From contig JAUCBJ010001482.1 of assembly GCA_032718475.1 (NCBI GenBank), positions 7,240 to 71,239 on the forward strand: a DNA stretch of 64,000 nucleotides, read 5' to 3'. The notes beneath the pieces were generated by a model. The model worked only from the letters and a program-made list of their open reading frames with translations, searched no databases and was not told where the DNA came from. Shown here piece after piece: positions 12,795 to 22,505 of the stretch. Each line of letters opens with the position of its first letter. Positions within the stretch are counted from its first letter, which is position 1. This stretch comes from Nemertoderma westbladi. Taxonomy: Eukaryota; Animalia; Xenacoelomorpha. A program made the position numbers and the translations under genes.

Positions 12795-15700
12795 ATGAGT
12801 GAATCGGGCGAGACACCGACGCGGACCCCGGACGAAGATCAAACGATCCGCGAGGCCGCGACTAAGCGATACAGGCCCACGACGCCGGAGCCATCGATAA
12901 CGGGCGAACCGGAAGTCCAGGACGAGGAGGGCCTGGAACCCGAAGTCGAACCAAGAGAGAAAGAGAGCGAGATGGAGGGAGATGGAGACGAGTCGACACG
13001 AGAGGGAGAACGGCGCGCCGATGTCGCCGGCCAGCTACCGGCCGAGGGCGACGGGCGGCCCACCGAAACGGCGACGGTGGGGCCGACGGTGCGACGCCGG
13101 ACGCGAAGAGACGGAGGAGAGATCGGTACCGATGTCGCCGGCCAGCTACAGGCCGAGGGCGACGGACGGCCCACCGGAACGGCGACGGTGGAGCCGCCGG
13201 TACGACGTCGAACCCGGAGGGACAGAGGAGAGGTCGGCGACGAGGACGTCGGGGTTTCTGAGCGACTTCGACGGGCCTACAACGCGACCCGGAAGTTGAT
13301 AAACGACGCCAAGAAGGAAGGGGCGAAGGTAGACGAGGTGAGACTGAGAAAGCGACTAGGTGAGTCGGATAAACACTTAAATTACCTAATACGTTTTGAG
13401 CAGAGAAAACTGGCCGGGGAGAGAGCAAAAAGGATAGCCGGCGAACTGTTTGAACTATGGGAGTGTGGGAGTATGGGACCTAGCGTAGCGCCAGTGTACA
13501 TAGGGCCATACTTGGTCGATGCCCGGGGAGTGAAACCAGTGGGTTGGAAGGGACCTGAGGAGGGCGAATCCGAGGCTAACACCGAGGATTCGGCCTCGTC
13601 GGTCGGAGAAAGCTCCGAAAAGGGGGAGAAAGCTAGTAGGTCGGGAAGGCGGGGGAAGTCCGTCGTAACCGATAAGTCTGCTACATCCTCCGCGAAAGAA
13701 AGAGCGGTGAGAAAAATAGGAGCCACATACCGTCTCAGCATGGCAGAGCAAGGTCAGAGAGAAATGAAGGAACGGCTAGAGGAGGGAAGAGTGCGGTTAG
13801 AGAGGGAAACGGTATTGCTTAGAGAAACCGGAGAAAGGGCCGAAAGGGCTTTGAAAAGCCTAAGGGAGTATGATGAGATAGAGGAAAGGGAGTGTAGGGA
13901 GCGTGAAGCGAGAGAGGAAAAGGAACGCGAGGAGCGTGAAGCGAGAGAGGAAAAGGAACGCGAGGAGCGTGAGGCGAGAATGGAAAAGGAACGCAAGGAA
14001 CGTGAGGCGAGGAAGGAAAAGGAACGCAAGGAGCGTGAGGCGAGGAAGGAAGAGGAACGTAAAGAGCGTGGGGCGAGACGAAGGGAGAGTATTAAGAGTG
14101 CCGCAGACTCGGCCATCAAGGACACCCAGGAGCGTGAGGGGATAGTGGCAAAGGGTGAAAGGGAGCATAGGGAATTAAAGGAACGGCAGAGTGAGTATGC
14201 GAAAAATATAATTAGAGGGACGCACGAGTTGGAATACGTGCAAGTGGGACCGCCGTCTGAAAGAGGGGCCGGTTCGAGTATTTTTGAGGAGCCGAGGGCC
14301 GTAGACGTATTTGTTAATACTCCACTGACAGGGACCGCACGACAGACTCAAGACTGGTGCGACCGTACGAGCGGGGGGGGTAATAATAATAATAATGGTA
14401 CAGTAGACGTTGTTGATATTAATAGTACCGTATGGGATAACGCTAATCAAACCTTTATTACAGGAAATACTTTGCCTGGTGGTAGTAATTTAAATTTAAA
14501 TCAGAACAATCCCAGTGTTAATGTAGAAAATAATCCTAATATTGATGTAGTTACGCAAAATAATTCAAATAATCAAAATAATAACTCGAATTCGGACCTA
14601 CAAAATAACTTAAATAACGCAATTACACAGAATAATTCGAATAATTCAAATAATGATCTTAGCCCGAATTTACAAAATAATTCAGATAACGTAGTCGCGC
14701 AGAATAATACAAATGATTTTGTTTCAAATGAGCAAATTAATTCCGTTTCCAATATGGGTGCTATTAGTGTAGACACGTCGGGCCTACGTAACCAGGGAGC
14801 AGAGGGCCTGGTAGGCCACGTAGTTAGTAGACAGGGAGCAGAGGGCCTGGTAGGCCGCGTAGTTGGTAGGCAGGGAGCAGAGGGCCTGGAAGGCCACGCA
14901 ATAGCAGAGGGAGAGGCGGGGGTGAACAGACCCGACCGTGGTAGGGTTGATGTGTCGACTAGAGGGGTATATAATAGTGGGGAGAGAGGTAGCGAAGTTA
15001 GATGTAGCGAGTGGGGGGGGGCTACGAGCACCCCACAACAGAAAGTTAGCGGCGAGAGGGGGGGGGCAGAGAGTGTCCCACAGCCGTCAGCGGACAATGC
15101 GAGGGCCGAACAAGGTAAACCGCAACAACCGGCGACGGAGAGTAATAGGGGGACTGCGAGTATCCCCGGCGACGTGCGATCGAGCAGAAAAGGACAGGTT
15201 GACGTCGCGGGAGGGCAGACGGAGCGTCGAGCCCGATCAGAGGAGGAAAGAAGAACAGTGGGGTTTAACCGGGAGGTCGACGAGAGATCTCGTGAGCGGG
15301 AATATTCCACTGATAGGAGAAGAGAGGAGGACAGTAGTAGAAGTATCGCCGCAAACGATAGAAGAGCGAGGACGGACAGCGAGCCGTCGGTAGTCGAGAT
15401 GAGAACGGAGAGTCAATGGGGTCGGACTCCGGGAGATTGCCGTCGCCCCGGAGGGATGCGATCCGGTGAGACGCATTACACGCCGAGAGAGGGGTACGCG
15501 ATGTACCGGTACGAAGATGAAAACAGTGGAGAGGGGGGTCGAAGAGAAACTTTCCGACGGAATATACCTACCGATCGAGAATACGGTAGCCGCGGGGAGG
15601 ATTATTCGAGAAGAATAAACTTCGATCCCGAACAACACATGCAGACTGTAGGGCATACTGTAGGTCTTACTGCACATACCGTAGGCCATACTGAGAGAGG

Positions 15701-16007
15701 CAATGTAGGCGATAGGATAGCGCGGACAACGGGATTAAACCCGGAAGTCGCGGAATACATACCGGCGAGTAGGCCAGAAGCTGATAGGCCTATACCGGTA
15801 CCAGCACAGCAGTATGACTACAGCATGCAGGGACATAACATATACCCAGGGGAGGGGGGAATTATTGCGGATAGGTGTATGGGCCCCAACATATTAACAT
15901 CAACCCCAGTACCAGACATACCGGTGGGGGGGGGGGACAGGGTGACATTCCCCCATCACAATATCAACAATATACCCCGACAGGAACAAGAACAACGAGA
16001 CCCCTAG
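12795..16007 (+). CDS. ORF1: low-complexity / coiled-coil N-terminal Gag extension
   Basis: 1070-aa ORF with E/R-rich 11-aa repeats (EREAREEKERE), an Asn-rich block and QGAEGL repeats; overlaps ORF2 by 133 nt. Confidence 0.85.
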   Translation: MSESGETPTRTPDEDQTIREAATKRYRPTTPEPSITGEPEVQDEEGLEPEVEPREKESEMEGDGDESTREGERRADVAGQLPAEGDGRPTETATVGPTVRRRTRRDGGEIGTDVAGQLQAEGDGRPTGTATVEPPVRRRTRRDRGEVGDEDVGVSERLRRAYNATRKLINDAKKEGAKVDEVRLRKRLGESDKHLNYLIRFEQRKLAGERAKRIAGELFELWECGSMGPSVAPVYIGPYLVDARGVKPVGWKGPEEGESEANTEDSASSVGESSEKGEKASRSGRRGKSVVTDKSATSSAKERAVRKIGATYRLSMAEQGQREMKERLEEGRVRLERETVLLRETGERAERALKSLREYDEIEERECREREAREEKEREEREAREEKEREEREARMEKERKEREARKEKERKEREARKEEERKERGARRRESIKSAADSAIKDTQEREGIVAKGEREHRELKERQSEYAKNIIRGTHELEYVQVGPPSERGAGSSIFEEPRAVDVFVNTPLTGTARQTQDWCDRTSGGGNNNNNGTVDVVDINSTVWDNANQTFITGNTLPGGSNLNLNQNNPSVNVENNPNIDVVTQNNSNNQNNNSNSDLQNNLNNAITQNNSNNSNNDLSPNLQNNSDNVVAQNNTNDFVSNEQINSVSNMGAISVDTSGLRNQGAEGLVGHVVSRQGAEGLVGRVVGRQGAEGLEGHAIAEGEAGVNRPDRGRVDVSTRGVYNSGERGSEVRCSEWGGATSTPQQKVSGERGGAESVPQPSADNARAEQGKPQQPATESNRGTASIPGDVRSSRKGQVDVAGGQTERRARSEEERRTVGFNREVDERSREREYSTDRRREEDSSRSIAANDRRARTDSEPSVVEMRTESQWGRTPGDCRRPGGMRSGETHYTPREGYAMYRYEDENSGEGGRRETFRRNIPTDREYGSRGEDYSRRINFDPEQHMQTVGHTVGLTAHTVGHTERGNVGDRIARTTGLNPEVAEYIPASRPEADRPIPVPAQQYDYSMQGHNIYPGEGGIIADRCMGPNILTSTPVPDIPVGGGDRVTFPHHNINNIPRQEQEQRDP

Positions 16008-19000
16008 ATGAAAACAGGTCGTGTGATACAGACATATGGAGGGGGCCGCTACCCCCGATGACATATCCGAGTCAGAGAAGATCAAGAAATAGGACGGACG
16101 AACCGCACCAGACAAGGGAAACTATACAGCACCCGTCGAATCCATTAGAAGCGCAGGCAATGGGGATGGCCACGTTGATCGATGCGTTGAAAACGAGGAT
16201 CGAATTACCACCCGTGGAACCGTTCAAATTCGATGGGAGTAGGCCGGAAGAATACTTACAGTTTCGGCGAATGTATAGTAACGAAATACTAACAAAAAAC
16301 TTGACGCAGGCGGAGTGCCTAAAGTATCTACAAGTGTACACGGGAGGCCCAGCATACGATATCGTGAGGCAATACCAAGGAATAGAGGGCGGCTTCACGA
16401 CAGCATGGCGGGCACTGGATAGGGAATACGGGCACCCGGCCAAGATCATCAGGCAAACGCTAAGAGGCATAACATCGGGTGGCCTACAGGATAATCCCGT
16501 TAGCATTAAGACGTTTGCTAACAAAGTCGAGAAGGCACTGATCGTGCTGAAGACGCTAGACGCGCCATACGAGCTCAACGCGTCCAATAACATCACCACG
16601 ATAGCGCAGGCACTACCGAGCTGGCTGCGCAACAAATGGAGGAAGATCGCTTTCTCCACCAGAGATAAGAAGGGTGCGGAACCAGGTTTAGAAGAAATGT
16701 CAAACTTCTTAAATTACGAGGCTGAACTAATAACGGACCCAGTTTATAGTGAAGATAGCCTGGGAAAGGGACCAAAGACAGATCATTACAGGCCCAAACC
16801 AGAGCACAATACATCGAACGCGTTACCGAGACTCAGGCAATCATTGCCATATGCAGCGACGCAGGGGACTGCAAGTCCAAAGACAAGCGAAGATAAGACA
16901 ACATCAAGGGACGGACAGGGGAACAACAACAACATGAAAAAACATAACCCCAGTACGTCCAGTAGGTCAAACCCAGTCAATAAGAATAGTAGGGACTTTG
17001 GTACGAATATAACTGCGATACGCAATGCATTATATAAAGAGGGCTACGACCCAAAGAGCAAATGCCAGTTACACGCAAATGCGCTTCATAAAACCATGAA
17101 CTGCAGGTACTGGCAGGCGCTACCGAGGCAAGACCAGATAGATTACGCGTCGAGCAATAAAATCTGCTCGCGATGTGTGAAGAGTGGACACAAGGCCAGG
17201 GAATGCCAAGAGAAACCGGTCAAGTTTGGCCAAAGGAGAGGCCAGACGATGGCAACGAGCACGGTAGGGGCGAATAAGAGAGGAACAGTGCTACTTGGAG
17301 TAGTACCAGTACGAGTGATCGGGGAAGGCAATCGATCAGTAACAACACTAATGCTGGTTGATAGTGGAGCTGCCTTCACATTAGTTGAGGAATGGGTAGC
17401 CGAAGAAATAGGGTTGAGAACGAGGCCAAGCAGGATGGCGGTGACAACCATCTCTAGTAAAGATGAGATCCTAGAGATGAAGACAGGACGGTGCGCAATT
17501 GCAGCAGTGGCACCAGGATGCGACTATGGGGCAACCATCGACCCCATCCAAGTAATAGAGTCAATTAACATCAATGCCAGGCGGCCAACCAACATCGAGG
17601 TCGAGCAATACAAATTCCTGGATAACATTGACTTCTCAATCCCAAACGTGGACGTTAGGAAGGTATCCATCATAGTAGGCATGGACTGCCCAACGGCCCA
17701 CGAGAGAATGCAAACGGTCTTCGGCGAAGACAAGCAGAGCGACCCGGTGGCCATATTAACGCCATTCGGGTGGACGCTGAGTGGTCCAATTAAGAGCAAG
17801 ATACCATTCAGGATGTCGGAGACATCAGGATGCATGTTCGCGGGAACAATGCAGGAAATGGGTGACGAGGGAGCAGAGGAGCAGCTTAAAAGACTGCTCA
17901 GGCAGGACTGCGAGGGACTGAAAGAGACCGGAGTCGGGACCTCGGTAGAAGACAAGCAGGCTTTACAAAGTGTGGAGGAAACGATGACGTGTGATGAGGG
18001 GCGGTATACAATAGGAATGGTGTGGAAACTACCGAAGATACCGCTACCCGATAATAGAGGGATGGTACTCACGAGACTCCGCAAGCTGAAACAAACACTA
18101 CAACGGAGCCCCGAGAAGAACGAGTACATTCACAAAACCATAAAGAAGTACGTCGAGAAAGGATGGGCCGTGGAGTTACCGGTCGACGAACCGAACACGG
18201 ACAGGACATACTACCTGCCACTCCACGTAGCCTTAGACCCAAAGAAAGGTAAACTTAGGATGGTAGTCGATGCATCGGCAAAGACCGACGGAAAGTGCTT
18301 AAACGATTACCTACTAGAGGGCCCAAACATATACAATTCGGGCATAGAAGTACTACTTAGATTTAGGAATGGGAAACACGCCTTCACGTGTGACATAGAA
18401 GGCATGTTCAACCAAGTCCGAGTAACAGAGGAAGATAGCGATAGTCAACGCTTCTTATGGTATAACGGCGAAGAAGAACCGCCTATAATACCGGCATATA
18501 AGATGGTAGTACAAAACATGGGGGCCAAGTCGTCCTCATTTACGACGACTATGGCAGTGAGAGACACGGTAAAGGGGAAGGAGGATAGATATAGCAGTAG
18601 GGCCGTCGATATGATCAGACGCGGTTTCTACGTAGACGACGGCATGGAGTCTGGAAATACGGTTGAGGAGATACTGGAAACAGGGCGCGAGGTTCGCGAC
18701 ATCCTGAAAGGATCCGGCTTCAACCTGACCAAATTCCAATCCAGTTCAGAAGAATTTATCAGGGAAATAGAAGACAAGAAACCAGAATCGACCATGGACA
18801 ACCCTACAACAGCCAAAGGACAGGACATGGCGATTAAGAGAGCGGAATCCCAGCAGAAGGCGCTGGGAATCGTGTGGGATAGAAAAACAGACGAACTGAA
18901 GTATCAGCTGAGCCAGGAGGGCGCAGACACCCATACGAAGAGGGGATACGTATCGTATATAGCAAGGATATACGATCCCCTAGGCCTAGCATCCCCATTA

Positions 19001-21268
19001 CTAGTCACGGGGAAACAGATACTCAAGAGAGTATATAAGTTGAAGGATGTGTGGGACGTAGAGGTACCAGAAGACATTAAGAAACAGTGGAGCAAATGGA
19101 CAGGAGACTTGGAGAGGATGGGAACATACAACATGCCGCGAGTGTATTTCCCGGACGGGAACATGACGAATCTGGACCTACATATGTTCTCCGACGCGTC
19201 GTTAGAGGCATACGGAGCGGCACTCTATTTAGTACAACGAGAGGGGCCTCACAAGCCCAGACTAGCCTTTAGCAAAGCTAAGTCAACGCCGCCAGATTCA
19301 GCATCTGTTCCCAAGTTAGAATTGACAGCCGCGAGACTAGGAGTTAGAGCCACAGCCTACCTAGTGGATACAATTCCCAACATAGTGGAGACACACTACT
19401 GGACGGACTCCATGGTAGTGCTTGGTTGGCTACACAACGAAAAGACGAGGTACCCGATATTCGTCGCGAATAGAGTGGACGAAATAAGGGCGAGCACAGA
19501 ACTGGAAAGGTGGCACTACTGCCCAACAGACGAGAACCCAGCGGACTTGCTGTCGAGGGGCGTGGAACGCCACACTTTCTTAAAGAAAGAAGTATTGTGG
19601 CAACACGGGCCACAATTTCTGAGCGATAGGGAGGCCTGGCCGCCGATGAGGAAGGTGGACCCGGGCTCGGAAGTAGTATCAGAAGGAGAAGAAGGAGATT
19701 CAGAGGGAGAAGAGATATACTCCCAGATGGTGAGGGAGATCAGGGACGTGCAACCAGGAAGGGATCTGTGCGATAACCCGACGGATAAACTCCTCAGCTA
19801 CAGTTCTAGTTGGTATAAGACCAAGAAACTAGTGGCGTACTGGAGAGCCTTTGGGAATTTCCTTGCGGGAGTCGGCAAGGACAAGAAGACCAGGACAACC
19901 ATAGATCTGGAAGGAGCGGCCAAGGCAGTGATCCGCTATGAACAACGCAAGAACTACGGCGACGAGGTGGAACGTGTCGGTAACCAACAACATCTCCGAC
20001 GGGATAGCGAGTTGATCACGCTGTCGCCACAACTCAACGAGGAAGGGATTCTAGTAATGAATTCTAGGGTGGGATATAACAACAGTATAGTCGTGCCACC
20101 GAAACCCATCATCATTCCAACAGGATCGCCTATAGTCCACCAGATCATATGGGACTCCCACAAATCGATACTGCATGGGGGCACCAACCGAACCCTCACA
20201 GAGATAAGGAGGACCTATTGGGTCAAACAATTAAGGAAGAAGGTTAAAGCGGTAGTTGGGCAGTGTCAGACCTGCCGACGAGCGAAGAAGGAGCGAGCCG
20301 TACAGGAGATGGCGCCACTACCGGCGAGTAGGGTAAGACAGCACGACCCGCCATTTACGCATTGCGGTGTGGACATGTTCGGGCCGATAAAGATCAAGGT
20401 GATGCGACACACGGAGAAACGCTACGGTATTATCTTCGTATGCAACAATACGCGGGCGGTAGGGATAGAACTCGCCCAAGATGCAACCGCATCAGCATTC
20501 ATTAACGCCTTAGAAAGGTTTAGGGACCGCAAAGGTGGGACGATCGCAGTGATATACAGCGACAACGGCACCAACTTTGTGGGCGCAGAGAGTGAGATGG
20601 CAGAGGCCTTAGACATCTTGGAGGGAGAAGAAGTCAGGGCGGCCATGAGAAGACGACAAGTGAAGTGGGAGAGACGGACGCCGTATGCACCACATACACT
20701 TGGATGCGTCGAAAGACTGGTGGGCAGTTCGAAACGTCTAATGACAAAGCTGATGAACACCCACATGGTCACTGAAGACGTCTTACGGACAGTACTTGCA
20801 AAGTGCGAGGGGATCATTAATAGCAGACCGCTATACCCGGAGAATGATGACCCTGAGTCATTAGACGTGTTGACGCCTAGCCATTTCCTGATGGAAAGGC
20901 CAGCGACCATAGATATGCGGGGTGTAGACCCAGATGATATACACTCCCGCCAAAGTTGGAAAGTAGCTAAAGCGATTAGCGCAGAGTATTGGAGGAGGTG
21001 GGTAGAAGAATACCTACCCACACTCCATAAGCGAAGCAAGTGGAGGAAGCCAAACAGGGAGTTGAGAGAGGGAGATCTCGTAATCGTCACGGATGATACT
21101 ATCATCAACAACCAATGGCGGTTGGCGAGAGTTGTAGGCACCTACTCAGACGAGGACGGAAGAGTCCGTTCGGTAGAAGTGCGGATAGGTGGAAAGATAG
21201 GTGCGAAAGACAGAAAAACCTACAGGAGAGCAGTAGGTAAATGCTGTCTTCTAGAAGGGGCACCTTAA
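15875..21268 (+). CDS. BEL/Pao Gag(DUF1759-like)-protease-RT-RNase H-integrase polyprotein
   Basis: KFDGSRPEEYLQF; knuckles CQLHANALHKTMNC and CSRCVKSGHKAREC; LVDSGA; CDIEGMFNQV and FYVDDG; FSDAS, WTDS, NPADLLSRG; H..H..CxxC; VDMFGP, SDNGTNF, VERL; LTPSHFL. Confidence 0.97.
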   Translation: MYGPQHININPSTRHTGGGGGQGDIPPSQYQQYTPTGTRTTRPLDENRSCDTDIWRGPLPPMTYPSQRRSRNRTDEPHQTRETIQHPSNPLEAQAMGMATLIDALKTRIELPPVEPFKFDGSRPEEYLQFRRMYSNEILTKNLTQAECLKYLQVYTGGPAYDIVRQYQGIEGGFTTAWRALDREYGHPAKIIRQTLRGITSGGLQDNPVSIKTFANKVEKALIVLKTLDAPYELNASNNITTIAQALPSWLRNKWRKIAFSTRDKKGAEPGLEEMSNFLNYEAELITDPVYSEDSLGKGPKTDHYRPKPEHNTSNALPRLRQSLPYAATQGTASPKTSEDKTTSRDGQGNNNNMKKHNPSTSSRSNPVNKNSRDFGTNITAIRNALYKEGYDPKSKCQLHANALHKTMNCRYWQALPRQDQIDYASSNKICSRCVKSGHKARECQEKPVKFGQRRGQTMATSTVGANKRGTVLLGVVPVRVIGEGNRSVTTLMLVDSGAAFTLVEEWVAEEIGLRTRPSRMAVTTISSKDEILEMKTGRCAIAAVAPGCDYGATIDPIQVIESININARRPTNIEVEQYKFLDNIDFSIPNVDVRKVSIIVGMDCPTAHERMQTVFGEDKQSDPVAILTPFGWTLSGPIKSKIPFRMSETSGCMFAGTMQEMGDEGAEEQLKRLLRQDCEGLKETGVGTSVEDKQALQSVEETMTCDEGRYTIGMVWKLPKIPLPDNRGMVLTRLRKLKQTLQRSPEKNEYIHKTIKKYVEKGWAVELPVDEPNTDRTYYLPLHVALDPKKGKLRMVVDASAKTDGKCLNDYLLEGPNIYNSGIEVLLRFRNGKHAFTCDIEGMFNQVRVTEEDSDSQRFLWYNGEEEPPIIPAYKMVVQNMGAKSSSFTTTMAVRDTVKGKEDRYSSRAVDMIRRGFYVDDGMESGNTVEEILETGREVRDILKGSGFNLTKFQSSSEEFIREIEDKKPESTMDNPTTAKGQDMAIKRAESQQKALGIVWDRKTDELKYQLSQEGADTHTKRGYVSYIARIYDPLGLASPLLVTGKQILKRVYKLKDVWDVEVPEDIKKQWSKWTGDLERMGTYNMPRVYFPDGNMTNLDLHMFSDASLEAYGAALYLVQREGPHKPRLAFSKAKSTPPDSASVPKLELTAARLGVRATAYLVDTIPNIVETHYWTDSMVVLGWLHNEKTRYPIFVANRVDEIRASTELERWHYCPTDENPADLLSRGVERHTFLKKEVLWQHGPQFLSDREAWPPMRKVDPGSEVVSEGEEGDSEGEEIYSQMVREIRDVQPGRDLCDNPTDKLLSYSSSWYKTKKLVAYWRAFGNFLAGVGKDKKTRTTIDLEGAAKAVIRYEQRKNYGDEVERVGNQQHLRRDSELITLSPQLNEEGILVMNSRVGYNNSIVVPPKPIIIPTGSPIVHQIIWDSHKSILHGGTNRTLTEIRRTYWVKQLRKKVKAVVGQCQTCRRAKKERAVQEMAPLPASRVRQHDPPFTHCGVDMFGPIKIKVMRHTEKRYGIIFVCNNTRAVGIELAQDATASAFINALERFRDRKGGTIAVIYSDNGTNFVGAESEMAEALDILEGEEVRAAMRRRQVKWERRTPYAPHTLGCVERLVGSSKRLMTKLMNTHMVTEDVLRTVLAKCEGIINSRPLYPENDDPESLDVLTPSHFLMERPATIDMRGVDPDDIHSRQSWKVAKAISAEYWRRWVEEYLPTLHKRSKWRKPNRELREGDLVIVTDDTIINNQWRLARVVGTYSDEDGRVRSVEVRIGGKIGAKDRKTYRRAVGKCCLLEGAP

Positions 21269-21377
21269 ATTAGAGTTAGTGTGAAGTTTAGTCGTCCAAG
21301 TTTTGGACTGAGGGGGGTGGGATTGAGGGCGAGACGCCCTTCCCACACAAATAAAAATAAAATAAAATAAAAATAAT

Positions 21378-22010
21378 AGTTAGAGAGTCAGTAGGCACGT
21401 AGTACCTAGAGTTAGTTAGTTAGTAGGTACGTAGTACCTAGAGTTAGTTAGTTAGTAGGTACGTAGTACCTAGAGTTAGTTAGTTAGTAGGTACGTAGTA
21501 CCTAGAGTTAGAGAGTTAGTAGGTACGTAGTACCTAGAGTTAGTTAATTAGTAGGTACGTAGTACCTAGAGTTAGAGTTAGAGGGTACGTAGTACCAATA
21601 GTTAGTTAGAGTTAGAGGGTACGTAGTACCGATAGTTAGAGAGCTAGTAGGTACGTAGTACCTAGTTAGAGTTAGAGTTAGAGGGTACGTAATGCCTAGT
21701 TAGAGTTAGAGTTAGAGGGTAGGTAGTACCGATAGAGTTAGAGTTAGTAGGTACGTAGTACCTAGTTAGAGTTAGAGTTAGAGGGTACGTAATGCCTAGT
21801 TAGAGTTAGAGTTAGAGGGTAGGTAGTACCGATAGAGTTAGAGTTAGTAGGTACGTAGTACCTAGTTAGAGTTAGAGTTAGAGGGTACGTAATGCCTAGT
21901 TAGAGTTAGAGTTAGAGGGTAGGTAGTACCGATAGAGTTAGAGTTAGTAGGTACGTAGTACCTAGTTAGAGTTAGAGTTAGAGGGTACGTAGTACCATTA
22001 GTTAGAGAGA
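21378..22010 (+). repeat. Compound tandem array inside the BEL element (AGGTACGTAGTACCT hairpins separated by GTTA / TTAGAG units)
   Basis: Roughly 18-20 variant units, with higher-order repetition in the 3' half. Confidence 0.92.
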
Positions 22011-22505
22011 GAGAGTAAGAGGTAAAAGGGGTAAAATAGGATATAGATATTAGTTAGCAGTAAGTAGAGTTAGTAGCGAGAGGGGGGCATATGAGTACAG
22101 CTGGATAAATCGTGTGGCCACACGACGCATACTGCTGTGCTGCATAGGCCCACAGAGTAGGCCAGAATATGGATCAGAGAATAGAATAAATCCATAGGCA
22201 GTAGTAAGTAGTAGGACAGTAGAATCAAAGCAAAATAAATAAATAAATAGAATAGGGCTAAAATCGGAAAATAGTGGTAACACAAGGAAAGTCGTTCTAG
22301 AACATAATAAAAGTAACGGACGGAAATCGTAAATTAGGCTGATTTACTAGCTCCGAAATTAATTAGATTAAATTAAGCTTGAAAGGCGCAGTTAAGTAGA
22401 AAAGTAGGCCATTATCGAACTGTAGGAAACATCTCAATACATCACTCATCTGTATTGCGCCTTGGTAAGGCACCACCCTGCAGGTGAGCGAGTGTAGTGT
22501 TCGGA

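Noticed and set aside
12839-21141. Many antisense and alternate-frame ORFs over the BEL coding region (likewise over the Gypsy element)
   Set aside because: Shadow ORFs of GC-rich or repetitive coding strands, with no motifs of their own
21700-22010. Interstitial telomere
   Set aside because: Units are TTAGAG in runs of only 2-3, broken by hairpins, inside a retrotransposon
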